Of a stretch of 64,000 bases of DNA, positions 49,701 through 60,329 are shown piece after piece. Where the stretch lies: sequence record MW822008.1, one strand, 5' to 3'. The DNA comes from Escherichia phage BF17. Numbering within the stretch: the first letter of the stretch is position 1; the number at the start of each line of letters is the position of its first letter. The translations under genes and the position numbers were made by a program. The notes beneath the pieces were generated by a model. The model saw only the letters and a program-made list of their open reading frames with translations, ran no database searches and had not been told where the DNA came from.

Positions 49701-52700
49701 ATTCAACTGTACTATTTTCACGACCAATTGCTTTCCAGTAAACTGAATCACGTGATTGTGCTTTAATGTACAATGTCCAGATGCCATCAACATCTGTAAT
49801 TCTGATAATGTCACCAACTTGATAGTTCTTAGTGTTTGCATCTTCTAGGCTGGATTCTTGTGTATATGCAGTATTTTTATCGTATCCAATATCATACCAA
49901 TCTGCTAGTGACCAGTACTGGGTCATGTCCAATGAAGTTCCTAGTGCTTCAACATAGTCTGATTGTTTAATCATTTTCTGTTGACCTTCACCACGGTTTT
50001 CCAATGTAATGGTAACCACACTACCAGCACTTGATGGACTATTCATTAGATGAATATAACCATTAGCATCAATATGCACAAAATATACAGAGCTAGTTGA
50101 TAGTGGGGTAGGTAATACACCACTAGTACTTACTAGTACTGCGTCGTTTTCTTTGAACTTGTCACTTTCAGGTGCAATGACTAATTCACTATTGTAAGTT
50201 AGCACACGATATGATACTTCATTCGGGTTAACTTCAGTAGTTTTAACATTAAACACTTCGTCCATTAGAACAGTGTTAGTTGTTATATTCTGTGAGCGAT
50301 AATAGTTATTTGCACTTTCTACAAAGTTTCTACGAGCTTCAATTACATCTTGGAACCAAGTCTTATTAGAACCTAAACCGTTTGGTACTAAAGGATATAG
50401 TAAATCAATAACAGTTCCTGATTCAGTAGTTTCTTGACCAATCATAGAATTCCACATAGAAGTCCAGATTGATGGATTGAAGTTATAGCTATCACCTTCT
50501 TTACATAATTGATACTGGTCATGTTTAATAACTTCAGTATTATCCATGTAATAAGAAACAGTTAAAATACTTGTGTCATCGTTGACTTCAAATTGCATAT
50601 TACTTAGAATGAACGAGCTTTCATTGATTGGTGCAAACCAAGGAATGTTAAGCTGTGCTGGTTCTTTAATAATACGAGCAATATCAGTACAAGATTTAGT
50701 TCTGGAATGTAATGGTGGTACATAAATTGTATCACGAACCCAGAAATAGTATTTTGTAACATAAGTATCAGTTGTGCTATCATATTCTAAGAACGTACTA
50801 TAATTATCTTCCAATGCGGTTCCGCTTGGTAGGTACATAGTGTTGTTTTTATTTTTGTTAGCAACGTCTTTACAGTATTTGTCCCAGTTATATGGTTCAA
50901 CTGGTGAACATACCCATTCAAGAACATCAACAGTACTGTGCGGTAACAATCTACCCCAGTTATAACGTTTATATTCATTTGTTGCATCAACATCCACATT
51001 ACCGTCAGCATCATAGATTGCACGAGTGTAATCTAAGTAGAAAGCAGTGCTGGTGTTCCACCAAACCTGACCAACTTTATCAGCACCCCATGCTTGAATC
51101 AATTCACCATTGCTGTTGTATTGTGCTGGGTCAACTGGAGATGTGTAGGTAACGTTCTGCATCGCTGCACCAGGAATAACACCGTTGATTGGGTCAAACA
51201 CGTTTAGGTACAACGCAGTAATGTTAGTACGTTCATCATATGTAGTTGGACGGTCAAACAAAGTACTTTGTGGAGCTTTAAAACTATATTTTCTGTCAAT
51301 GTATTCCTGACGCATCTCTTCAGTACTGAATCGTGAAACATAACGATACAAGCGTGGGCGAGTATCAGGATCAGTGAAGTCAATAGTGATTGAAGTGTCA
51401 AACGGAACTACCATAACTCTAGGGTCATTACCCGCAGTATAATATTGACTTTCTATAGTCAATGTATCTGGCATAAAGTTAGTTTCATCAACAAAGTAAT
51501 AATAATCACCATCATTTAGTGGGATATCATCACTTAGAGTTACTTTACAGAATTGTTCTGCATATACATCGGTATTTTCAATTGGAACGATAGAGAGCAT
51601 CTCAACTTCAGTGTCTACTAGTTCGAAAATATTCCACAAATCATTACCATCTTTAAACATCCATACAGAATCTGGGATTTCACCACTGTTATTCATATAA
51701 TTGATACGATCATTATATGCAGTACTGAAATCTTTAGTAACGTATGAAATTTCATCTAGTGTTACAGGACCAATGTCTGGAAGTTGGATATTCTCACTTC
51801 TTCCACTACGCATTGGGAATGAAAACTTACCATTTGGACGAGTAATCCAGCGTGAGTCAACCCCTTGTTCACCGTAATAAACAATACCATTACCAGTACC
51901 ATTTGATGTAGCATTAACATCAAACGAAACCATCTGTGGTTGTTGTTTAAATTGGTCATTGATTAGTTTAAATTGTAGATTTTTCTTACCATTGATATTA
52001 CCATAAGTACCAATCTTAAATGCCCATTCCTGAAGTGCTTTATATTCATCAGTGTCGTAAGATTTAGAAACGCGTAGTACTTTTTCCATTACTTGGTTAG
52101 TACCTTTGTCATGAATGAATCCTTTATAGAAATCAACACGACTAACATCACTACTAATCATACGTTGTAGATAATCACGAGTTTGATAGCCAATCAAGTG
52201 ATTTGATAACTCTTGAAGCTGAACATCACTCACAGGAGTTTCACTATTATAATATAATTCAAAATCAGTTACTAATTTTTCAAATGATGGTAAAGTTCCT
52301 GCTTCTAGGATAATGAAACCAGGTGCTTGTAGGCGACCAGTCCATGACCCAGTAATGTAACCATACATTTTAATCAATTCTTGAATAGCACCATAAGTTG
52401 GTTGGTAAATGTAATCACCAAAGATAGTTTTATCATCAAAAACAACTGCGTGTTCATATGAACTTAGGCTCAAACGAATCAACGCCATACGTTTTTGTGA
52501 TTCAGATGTAGTTCTCACTGTGAATACGTTACCGATACGCGAAGTTTCGATTTCATATTGACGGATGCCTTGGTTTTCATCATCGAGTAGTGACCAAACA
52601 CCACCACTATTCTGTGTAACAGATTGAACTGAACCAAAATCCGCACCAAATTTAGCATTAGCTGCACTTGGAGTACAGGAGATGAACTCACCAGTACTTA

Positions 52701-55700
52701 AATTATTCTGACTCCAAATAACAAAGTCTTTAGCAATAGTTGTCCAGTCTTGTTGAGTACCACTATCATTTACATCTTCAAAAATCCAGCCATGTTCTTT
52801 TAGATATTCACCATATCCACAAATGAAAGTATAAACTTCTTGGTATGTATTGAATATTTTACCATATTCTAATGTACCTTCAGATTTCCATTCATTGTAA
52901 TGAACAACAGTTCTGTCTTCCAATTTAAGAGTTACTTTTCTTCCATTTTTAACTGGAATTTTATATTTAAATTTAGCACCAACTAAATCATAACCATCAA
53001 TTTGATATGCACTACCATTCCAAGTAATTTTTACTGCACTCATTTGCTCATCGCGAATGTTATTGGAACGAACTAGACCGATAGTTTGGTTTTCTTGTGA
53101 AATCAAACCGAAAGATTTAGCAGTGAATGTCAATTGGTCTGCTTTAGTAAAGCCACCAATTTTGTGAGCGACATTGACATAAGAAGAACGAACAACGTCA
53201 CCGTATTTGGTGGTAATGTTCTTATTCTGATACATCAAATAGTCACTAACAAACATTTGATAACCGATAGTACGGGTGTTTTTCTCACCATGTACTAATG
53301 TAGTACTGTCAAAGTTTAGACGCTTACGGGTTTCACCATAAAGGAACTGTGAACCATCAGTATAAACTGGTTTAAGGTTATCATTACGGGTATCCCAGTA
53401 ATAGTTTGCAAACTGTGCTGGTTTTGCTTTGTATAGAAGAAGCATTTGGTCATAAGCAAACATCGCAGTGTTCATGTAAGTGAATTCCATGTCACCCATG
53501 TCACCATAAGACCACGGTTCTGCACGATGATCTAAATTACCACTAACAAGACCTAAAACTTCAGGTGCAATATACTCAACTTCACAAATATCAATACCAG
53601 TACTGGTTTTCTCGCCAGTCTTAGTGATTTTAAATGGCTGTACACCGAAACGCTTGTATTTGTCATATTGACCACGGCGTTCACCTGACAAAATAGTACC
53701 AGTACTGCTATCACCGATAGTACCATCAATATCCCACAATCCACTTGGGACCAAATCACCATTTTCATTCATTACTAGTGCTTCATACACATAAACAACA
53801 TCACCCTCACGTTCACCAACTTGAACTGCGGTTGGTTCGTATTCTTGGTTCCACCAAGTAGGACGTTGAGAGAAGCCCATCATTTCCCACGGATGGGTTG
53901 CTGGACGATATGTGCCATATTGGTCAGTATAGATTGCACGCCATGAACCACGAGCAGGAATTTCAGTACGTTGACCATCAACAACATAATAACTACCAGT
54001 ATAGTTCCAAGTTCTCCAGTTATTTGCATCATAATCATGAGTACTGTTACTAATGCCATTGGTTGCTGTGAAGTTAATGTAACCACGTAGTAATAGAGTT
54101 TTCTTTTCTTCTGCACTATAATCAGTACCAGTGAAATATGGAGTTGGGAATAGGTCTTCACTGTTTAGTACTGGTTTATAATCAATATCCTTGAAAGTAA
54201 GATCAATACTATTAAAGATACGATTTTCCAATTCAAAAACTACGTCATCCATTTTATCAACACCATTGATAACACGGTATGCTTTTGAAATAATACCAGT
54301 ATGACTGATATTATAACAGCTAGATTTACTACCAGCAGTTAAGAATGTTGCTTTTTGTGGTGTATAAGCTTGCAAAATACCCAAGAACTGTGGAGTTGGT
54401 GGGACAAATGCACGAATAAACCCAGCAGTGCTTGCAACGTTGTCATAGTAGAATGGGAATGTACTATCACGTCCCATATTAATAGCTGTTAGAATCGCAT
54501 CTACGATGTTTGATGCACTATTACCAAGAAAAGCACTTGGGTCTTCTTCATACAAACGAAGCATTTGAGTGTTGAACTTGTTAATGAAGCGGAAGTATTC
54601 TGCTTGCATAAACATGATTGATTCAAACAAATCAATATCTTCATTAGCGGTATGTGCCATTAGTGGTAACATGGACGCTTCGTTTTGAATAATTTTAGTG
54701 CCTACACCATTATTAACCAAACCAGCAGCCAAACGTTCTTCGTAATTGTTAAAGTCATCAGCAGAACCAGATGTAATATTCTTTTGAATAATATCTTGGA
54801 AGTGCAGGGTGTAATCACCTTGGTTGATGTATTCAATGTTTGAATTATATGGGTTATTTTGTAGATTAATTGGAACTTCATATGCACCCAACTCTTTATT
54901 AGGAGTGATAGTGCTACTATAAGTTCTGATTTGTACAACAGAATCTTCATCCAAATCAACAGAGCTATCAATTGTAATACTTTGTACTTGATTATTAACT
55001 ACAGTTTTTGTGTATTCTTTTATTTCCACACCATCAACAACTAGTTCGATAATATCATCAGAATTATCTAGTACTTTTTGTGCCAATTCAAATGTATGAT
55101 TGTACTTAACGCTTTGTACCCCATCACCAACGATAACATGCCAATCAAGATATGTTTCACGTTCTGCTTTGTAATATTGATAAGTTCTGTCAACTTCAAT
55201 TACATAAGCATACATTCCTTCAACTGGGTCTTTGAAACTTTCCATGTCATAAACAGTACTGAACACGCGGAACATTACTGTACGTTCAACCTGTGGAGTT
55301 TGTTTAACATATTGTTTGGAGTATTCAGTACTACGAACCCAATCAGTTTCTAGGTTCATTGTATTACCTTCACCAATTACGTTATAGTAATATAGTCCAT
55401 CAATTTCAACTTCCACACCCAAATGCTCGTAAGTATAACGAGTTGATTGTAGGAAATTCTCATATGTGTAATAATTGTAATCACCTAGTTCAATATTATA
55501 ACCATAAACGCTATCAGTTGCATAATTATAGTTAATTTTAAAACCAAATAGTGAAGAACCAGTAAAAGTACTTGATGGATAGGTAGTAGTGTTGTTTAGT
55601 TTAACACCATTACGGTCATACAATTGGAATTGTGGAAATACGTTCACAGAAGTTTTAGACTGTGCTTGAATCCAATGAGAACCGTCCCAATACATGGAAC

Positions 55701-56715
55701 TGTTACCAAATTCATTACCTTTGATAATAAGAACTACGTCACCATCTTGTGGTTCACCACTCGGACGGCTTTCAGATTCTTCGTCTGGATCTAATGCTAG
55801 ACCATACACACGTGTTCCATCTTGCATACGTTTAACATATACTTTATAAATTCGGTTGTTTTCACCATTGTTACCAATACTGGTGAAAAGAATACGCATA
55901 CCATCTTGTGGAATAATACCATCAATACGTATACCGCTGTTAATATCTTTTTGTACGATATCTTCAGGTTTAATAATATCAGAGAACAAATCAACTGTCC
56001 CACGGAATTTAGTACCGTAGTTCATTAGTTCGATATTTTTATTGTATTCGATAATTGGTGCACGAGCACGAACAAAACGGGAATCTTGCATTAGTTCTTC
56101 AGTTAGGATAGTACCATCTTCTAAAGTTTCACCTAATGTGTACCAGAAGTTTTGTAGTGACCAAGTGTTACCATTTTCTGCACCACGTTCCATTACAATA
56201 TAATCTGGAGTTGTGATATTATAGCTATTCTTGGAATCCCATAGGTATGAACTGTAGTTGTTCATTTTATTTGGGTTAATTGGTGGGGTCCATGAATAGA
56301 ACTTACCATTAAACAAACGGCTTTCATTTTCGGTTAGTGCACCGTAATGATTCATATAGCCAACTAGATCATCATAAAATTGAATTGAACGAATGCTGGA
56401 GTCATCATTTCTTGAGACATACGCAGTGGACAACTGATATAGTTGACGTGCGACTGTTGACTCGTGTAAGAAGATGTTCCCTGCTGCTGCCGGAGAACCC
56501 ATGTCACCAATGTAGCCGTCAACTAATTCGTTTTCAGCCGGATTAAACCATTGTTGGATAACATCATCACTGACTTTCTGAATATCTTCTAAGCCTTGCA
56601 TCCACTCAGGCAATCTTTTTATGAAAAGCTTCTTCTGTACTGCTTCAGCCATCTGTGTAGGTTGAAACTTAAAATTATTAGTCATTTTTGGACTCCATAT
56701 AATTCGTTCATTCAT
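46714..56715 (-). CDS. giant virion protein (3333 aa), putative baseplate or fibre-associated
   Basis: Single uninterrupted 10-kb ORF downstream of gp6-like gene; alternative start at 56685 (MTNNF) has GGAG RBS. Confidence 0.65.
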   Translation of the reverse strand: MNERIIWSPKMTNNFKFQPTQMAEAVQKKLFIKRLPEWMQGLEDIQKVSDDVIQQWFNPAENELVDGYIGDMGSPAAAGNIFLHESTVARQLYQLSTAYVSRNDDSSIRSIQFYDDLVGYMNHYGALTENESRLFNGKFYSWTPPINPNKMNNYSSYLWDSKNSYNITTPDYIVMERGAENGNTWSLQNFWYTLGETLEDGTILTEELMQDSRFVRARAPIIEYNKNIELMNYGTKFRGTVDLFSDIIKPEDIVQKDINSGIRIDGIIPQDGMRILFTSIGNNGENNRIYKVYVKRMQDGTRVYGLALDPDEESESRPSGEPQDGDVVLIIKGNEFGNSSMYWDGSHWIQAQSKTSVNVFPQFQLYDRNGVKLNNTTTYPSSTFTGSSLFGFKINYNYATDSVYGYNIELGDYNYYTYENFLQSTRYTYEHLGVEVEIDGLYYYNVIGEGNTMNLETDWVRSTEYSKQYVKQTPQVERTVMFRVFSTVYDMESFKDPVEGMYAYVIEVDRTYQYYKAERETYLDWHVIVGDGVQSVKYNHTFELAQKVLDNSDDIIELVVDGVEIKEYTKTVVNNQVQSITIDSSVDLDEDSVVQIRTYSSTITPNKELGAYEVPINLQNNPYNSNIEYINQGDYTLHFQDIIQKNITSGSADDFNNYEERLAAGLVNNGVGTKIIQNEASMLPLMAHTANEDIDLFESIMFMQAEYFRFINKFNTQMLRLYEEDPSAFLGNSASNIVDAILTAINMGRDSTFPFYYDNVASTAGFIRAFVPPTPQFLGILQAYTPQKATFLTAGSKSSCYNISHTGIISKAYRVINGVDKMDDVVFELENRIFNSIDLTFKDIDYKPVLNSEDLFPTPYFTGTDYSAEEKKTLLLRGYINFTATNGISNSTHDYDANNWRTWNYTGSYYVVDGQRTEIPARGSWRAIYTDQYGTYRPATHPWEMMGFSQRPTWWNQEYEPTAVQVGEREGDVVYVYEALVMNENGDLVPSGLWDIDGTIGDSSTGTILSGERRGQYDKYKRFGVQPFKITKTGEKTSTGIDICEVEYIAPEVLGLVSGNLDHRAEPWSYGDMGDMEFTYMNTAMFAYDQMLLLYKAKPAQFANYYWDTRNDNLKPVYTDGSQFLYGETRKRLNFDSTTLVHGEKNTRTIGYQMFVSDYLMYQNKNITTKYGDVVRSSYVNVAHKIGGFTKADQLTFTAKSFGLISQENQTIGLVRSNNIRDEQMSAVKITWNGSAYQIDGYDLVGAKFKYKIPVKNGRKVTLKLEDRTVVHYNEWKSEGTLEYGKIFNTYQEVYTFICGYGEYLKEHGWIFEDVNDSGTQQDWTTIAKDFVIWSQNNLSTGEFISCTPSAANAKFGADFGSVQSVTQNSGGVWSLLDDENQGIRQYEIETSRIGNVFTVRTTSESQKRMALIRLSLSSYEHAVVFDDKTIFGDYIYQPTYGAIQELIKMYGYITGSWTGRLQAPGFIILEAGTLPSFEKLVTDFELYYNSETPVSDVQLQELSNHLIGYQTRDYLQRMISSDVSRVDFYKGFIHDKGTNQVMEKVLRVSKSYDTDEYKALQEWAFKIGTYGNINGKKNLQFKLINDQFKQQPQMVSFDVNATSNGTGNGIVYYGEQGVDSRWITRPNGKFSFPMRSGRSENIQLPDIGPVTLDEISYVTKDFSTAYNDRINYMNNSGEIPDSVWMFKDGNDLWNIFELVDTEVEMLSIVPIENTDVYAEQFCKVTLSDDIPLNDGDYYYFVDETNFMPDTLTIESQYYTAGNDPRVMVVPFDTSITIDFTDPDTRPRLYRYVSRFSTEEMRQEYIDRKYSFKAPQSTLFDRPTTYDERTNITALYLNVFDPINGVIPGAAMQNVTYTSPVDPAQYNSNGELIQAWGADKVGQVWWNTSTAFYLDYTRAIYDADGNVDVDATNEYKRYNWGRLLPHSTVDVLEWVCSPVEPYNWDKYCKDVANKNKNNTMYLPSGTALEDNYSTFLEYDSTTDTYVTKYYFWVRDTIYVPPLHSRTKSCTDIARIIKEPAQLNIPWFAPINESSFILSNMQFEVNDDTSILTVSYYMDNTEVIKHDQYQLCKEGDSYNFNPSIWTSMWNSMIGQETTESGTVIDLLYPLVPNGLGSNKTWFQDVIEARRNFVESANNYYRSQNITTNTVLMDEVFNVKTTEVNPNEVSYRVLTYNSELVIAPESDKFKENDAVLVSTSGVLPTPLSTSSVYFVHIDANGYIHLMNSPSSAGSVVTITLENRGEGQQKMIKQSDYVEALGTSLDMTQYWSLADWYDIGYDKNTAYTQESSLEDANTKNYQVGDIIRITDVDGIWTLYIKAQSRDSVYWKAIGRENSTVELNDMLYADYTVRDANGSLSNREINVRKALALLKNSFDLHQSEIVFDMVKYVHVEQSVVDWVFKTSYIYIVGLEQSLVQNYSNDNLINQIVEYFEEVKPYRTKIRSQIEQKTSDDDLIKGLCNDLDPNGYIFADGTWVKTEKDIWDYEYAQFNEVTQRWEQVGELPSDFVTPNRRFQEIDVIMHYDNTQCKPNDNLASVDVLEEVNKKYQSNAQDVVSNFELQRYKYTFPEYSDEDFDLLVAYQMQLYYPELNVTLGIAYGVNQWYADHADDLVATAEFTETLNRVYKESTQNEMFNDVNHYVQYNTLSNRLKLYTGADDEVIHDEVGCGFSGLTYDDNPSTRLPFGYASSTDYNFGYFEVSSELYNKYVSLIKENNTTATDDEVRIILEVEYGVYSYRHVDENGNQRFYNDAIHVLSGMRGLYDKDATDHYEKAEEILSRMPIDIHAFTMMPRKYVYVNVNGVYESIPDDQSIDDFMEDKFITDGQLVQLAEINLDDLPLDRNNPMYSDYQHILDSITDAKYYDDMNAFDNLALESQTSELKWEVEGDEVDPYIIDISDINPSGRKIGQIRFTVDGYGFNSVSLVQLRDNSRYKTEGMVIINPYKTTEAIVSIPSYAKIENDISKSYSKYDEKYFYKIKSIVSDTEAEVIDNTLSDGDKVMIFTTDGEDYVRYQNNAWETILSVSKIKTDTTPTLYTVRNTANGTVELLDSTGVVLRYDNITKQQQNEPAIPLALNIVRIRTFADPEFLVDGVKLYETNRNYAIDAMNYEVFYDTTLYGGSYNDGITPDDVDVWVVSNEIFEVDGVTIDNGYNLPITGAGVLSELVRTKMTDSVEINVFEYDVGIIQPVLNADGVWEYAYPLVSDTYIGVVGGTVTNITAISEENATYVSQPDSVSPYSVTNNVLSGAGASMNDIISLGFEKVEVRFANNLLRGVMYSAEHDFKENVTYSFNGLNLGKVNLLKRYSVNSYPIELSVYSDSLQISGNDIKNLLEVK

Positions 56716-56733
56716 TTGATTTATTTATGATAT

Positions 56734-56757
56734 AAAAAAGACGTTCCGAAGAACGCC
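56734..56757 (-). terminator. intrinsic terminator with UUCG tetraloop
   Basis: Minus-strand RNA GGCGTTC-UUCG-GAACGTC followed by U6, in the 50-bp gap between gp6-like and giant genes. Confidence 0.65.
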
Positions 56758-56765
56758 TTAATGTG

Positions 56766-59700
56766 TTATGAACCAATGTTAATGTTACTCTTAGCCAAGG
56801 AATTGACTATCTGTACGTTATCAACTGATGCAGTACTTAAGAAAATCTGGTCAGAACGTGAAGGGATTTCAAATAGTGATCCAAATTTAGAGTTAGGGTT
56901 TTGAGCTACGATAACAATAGTACTAATATGTCGTCCTAATTGGGAGTGAATGTATGTACACAAGTCTGTGTAATAGAAACTTTCACCAAAATCCCAGTTG
57001 TCAACATTAAAATACTCGTTAGTTAGTGCTACGACATTTTGACGAATTTCATCATCACTCATTGTACTGTTAGGCAATTTGACGACTTTAAAATCTGCTT
57101 TATAATCTTCAGCAGCACTCGCACCAAATAATGGTAGATATTCTGCACTATGCCAAATAATACTGTCACTGATGACTATTTTTTGTTCAACTTCTTTAAA
57201 AATGTCTTTCAATTCAACAGATGTTGGCGGTTTAGGCATATTACCTTGTGTTCCATTCTTCAACCATACATCAACTTCAGTTTTGTATGAATTGGTTAAT
57301 ACATACATGTCAATCAAGTTTGTTCTACTTGGGTCAATGCGATTATCATCTGGTGCATAATGTTTCCAGTGGAAATCAATACCAGTTCTTGCATTCGTTT
57401 TTACGGTATATTGTGAAGTTACATCTTTATAACCATAATAATCTAACTTTTGGTTAACATCAGCATTAGTACCGATATTAACAATAGCACGATAAAACGC
57501 AAGTTCAGGAGTTGCAGCAGTTGTATCATCAGAATAGGTCAAGTTCTCAATTAATTGGTTTAAACGGTCATTATTATTACCAACAGTTTGTTCAATGAAG
57601 TAATATTTACCATCATAGTTAAAGCCAACTATAAAGCCTGAACCTTTACTATAGATACCACTCAATGTTGTTGATCGAATAGCATTGTTGCGAACAAATT
57701 CACTTCTCTTATACGCATTAGTTTCTGCAAGTGCCTGATCCATTGTATAAGCCCATGAAGAATCAAGAATAGTGAAAGTATCATTCGGTAATGACAGTAC
57801 TGATATAGTGAAATCATCGTTTTCTTGGAAAACCAATATACCACCATATTTAACTGAATCTTCACCAGTCCAATTTGGTACAATTTCTCTGAATTGATTA
57901 GGTTCTAGTGGGATTCCATTACTATCAACGTTTTCAGAGGTGATAACCACACGAGAACCATCAAGATACCCGTTTTCTTGTTGAATTGTGTCATAAATTT
58001 GGAAATCTATGTTACTTGTCAACCCAGCATTACTATTGCTTGTGGTATTTGATGATAAAATTTCAATTTTGTCACTTTGAACACTACCAGTACTAATATC
58101 AGTTATCTTTTTAGAAGAAACGAAGTAAAAACGAACTTTATCACCACCAACGAACACATATTCAACGCCATTCGCATCAAATTCCCAGGTTTCAGCAGTA
58201 TATTTGATGTTAATCATAACAAGAACTTCATTTCCATTATAAGAAATAGTATCTTCATCAGTACTGATTTCTAATGGAATCCAAGAAGTTGTTTCTTTAT
58301 CATGAATAATAACAAAATCTGTCTTTTTATCAAGCATTGCAGCGATTGCTTGCACTTCGACACTATTAAAACGTGTTCTGTATTGTAAAATGTACTCTTG
58401 TGCTTGCATATTTGATGAAACTGAAGTACTTAGAACGTAATATCCATTATCAAGAACACTAACAATACTAGCCCACACAGTAGTTCCGGCATTTGAAAAC
58501 TTAATCAACGTACCAACTTGATAATTTCCGAATACGTTACCTGTTGCCCCCATAATACGACCATACGTATTAGTTGCGTAATTAGAATTGTATTCAGGTG
58601 TCCATTTTTGTTGAATTTCAATACCAATTGTATTCGGTGGATATGCTTGATAACGTTGGATTACAGCATTCTCACCAATCAATGGCTGAATATTATCAAT
58701 TACAATACTAGCATTTGTTTTGGTAGTTGGTAATTGTAAAGATTTATTAAATTGTGTGTTTTCTTGATACATTGAACCATCATCACTAAACACATCAGTG
58801 TTTTGATACTTACCAGTTGGATCATTAATATCAATGAATCGTGACTGTCCACTATATAAACGGTTAATTGCTTTAGATTTAAGAACTGTGTTACCCAAAC
58901 TCAACGGAGCAATGTTATAGTCTTCGCCGTTAACAAAACGGTTTTGAGTGTAATACATTTGTGGAGCACGAGCCTTAATTTGTTCAATTGTTTCTGCACT
59001 TTGTGCACGATCTGATTCATATTGCAATGTGAAACGAATATCCAAAGTACTGGATTCATAGCTTGATTGTGTTTTGGTTCTATAGGTGTATTTTACACTT
59101 TTGTTCTGGATTTCAGACGTTTTAATGTTGTATGTTTCACCATTACTAACACGATACCATACACGATACGTCCCACGAGGAACAACACCACTACGAGAAT
59201 CAGGATACTTAATAGTAATCTGGTCTTTATCACGAGTTGTGACAGCAAAGATTGTTTTTAGTTGACGGTTAACAGTATTGTATGCGATACTTTCCATAGA
59301 TGGAACTTTGGTCCATTTAGTACGTACAATACCATCTTCGTTGATTTCCTGAACCCAAACATCAGTTTCGTTGATATTATCTACGTTGATGTCTTGGATA
59401 CGGTTTTCTTCACGAATATTATATTGGTAATCTTGGTATGTCAATGTCCCTTGAACAAAATAAACGAAGAAACCAGTATTTGGTGAACTAAATCCGTTAC
59501 CATCATTCTGATAAACGATATATTTTTGCTCTTGTGGTTCAGGGTGACGCTCTTCAACACCAACTGCTGTAATATCAGGGTTGACAACTTCAAATGTCAT
59601 CGATTCACCATTAACTGTAGCTGTGAATGGAAGACTTGGTGCTGACATTGGAATTGTATTCATACGATATAGCTGACGAGAAACACCATTGATATCGATA

Positions 59701-60227
59701 CGTTTAACCGGATTACCAAACTGGTTAGTACTGACAAATGAACTGTTCATAACTAGAATGAAGTTCTCATACCAGTTTGTGTCCATTGGGTCATTCCAAC
59801 GAATGATTTTATCCTTAAGTGATTCGTTAAAACTATTACGAACGTCTTGGTTGGTTTTTATTTCTGTTAATTTAGCAACTGCACGACCTGGATATGAACG
59901 GCGTGGAGAGTAAGAAATCATTTTTGCGAGTTTCAGTACTGATGCACGACGAGTAGCAGTATCTAGGAAGTTCTCACGAGTGTTTAAATCCATACGGAAT
60001 GCTAAGTTCTGTCCTAGCATAGAAATGGTATCTAGAATAAAGATGAACTGGTCGTTTTCGATCCAGTCGTTGAAAGAATCTGGGTACGTAGCACGTAGAT
60101 AGTCAATCATACTTTGACGGATTGTATCAAAGTCATAAGCTGTTAGATTGATCTTATAAAAGCTTTCATATACTTGAGTCCAATCTTCACCAGCGTATAA
60201 ATTTGATTGCCTTTTTTGTTGTGACAT
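56766..60227 (-). CDS. baseplate wedge protein, gp6/Baseplate_J-like (1153 aa)
   Basis: ENFLDTATRRASVLKLAKMISYSPRRSYPGRAVAKLTEI aligns by eye with T4 gp6 ESFMRTANLRSSVVQAAQDNGYLPTSKSAAQTEI (recalled); follows gp25-like gene. Confidence 0.6.
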   Translation of the reverse strand: MSQQKRQSNLYAGEDWTQVYESFYKINLTAYDFDTIRQSMIDYLRATYPDSFNDWIENDQFIFILDTISMLGQNLAFRMDLNTRENFLDTATRRASVLKLAKMISYSPRRSYPGRAVAKLTEIKTNQDVRNSFNESLKDKIIRWNDPMDTNWYENFILVMNSSFVSTNQFGNPVKRIDINGVSRQLYRMNTIPMSAPSLPFTATVNGESMTFEVVNPDITAVGVEERHPEPQEQKYIVYQNDGNGFSSPNTGFFVYFVQGTLTYQDYQYNIREENRIQDINVDNINETDVWVQEINEDGIVRTKWTKVPSMESIAYNTVNRQLKTIFAVTTRDKDQITIKYPDSRSGVVPRGTYRVWYRVSNGETYNIKTSEIQNKSVKYTYRTKTQSSYESSTLDIRFTLQYESDRAQSAETIEQIKARAPQMYYTQNRFVNGEDYNIAPLSLGNTVLKSKAINRLYSGQSRFIDINDPTGKYQNTDVFSDDGSMYQENTQFNKSLQLPTTKTNASIVIDNIQPLIGENAVIQRYQAYPPNTIGIEIQQKWTPEYNSNYATNTYGRIMGATGNVFGNYQVGTLIKFSNAGTTVWASIVSVLDNGYYVLSTSVSSNMQAQEYILQYRTRFNSVEVQAIAAMLDKKTDFVIIHDKETTSWIPLEISTDEDTISYNGNEVLVMINIKYTAETWEFDANGVEYVFVGGDKVRFYFVSSKKITDISTGSVQSDKIEILSSNTTSNSNAGLTSNIDFQIYDTIQQENGYLDGSRVVITSENVDSNGIPLEPNQFREIVPNWTGEDSVKYGGILVFQENDDFTISVLSLPNDTFTILDSSWAYTMDQALAETNAYKRSEFVRNNAIRSTTLSGIYSKGSGFIVGFNYDGKYYFIEQTVGNNNDRLNQLIENLTYSDDTTAATPELAFYRAIVNIGTNADVNQKLDYYGYKDVTSQYTVKTNARTGIDFHWKHYAPDDNRIDPSRTNLIDMYVLTNSYKTEVDVWLKNGTQGNMPKPPTSVELKDIFKEVEQKIVISDSIIWHSAEYLPLFGASAAEDYKADFKVVKLPNSTMSDDEIRQNVVALTNEYFNVDNWDFGESFYYTDLCTYIHSQLGRHISTIVIVAQNPNSKFGSLFEIPSRSDQIFLSTASVDNVQIVNSLAKSNINIGS

Positions 60228-60292
60228 AATTTATTCCTTTAAATCAGTAAAGTACTAGTTCAGTACTGGGAATTATATATAGAAATATTTAT

Positions 60293-60323
60293 CCAAAAAG
60301 AAAAGCACCCCGAAGAGTGCTTT
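60293..60323 (-). terminator. hairpin terminator between gp25-like and gp6-like genes
   Basis: AAAGCAC-CCCGAAGA-GTGCTTT stem with T-runs on both strands. Confidence 0.5.
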
Positions 60324-60329
60324 TATAAT

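Noticed and set aside
46714-60227. Short ORFs of 60-136 aa inside or antisense to the giant and gp6-like genes
   Set aside because: All are nested within much longer well-supported ORFs and have AT-rich-frame compositions (I/L/F/N-rich).
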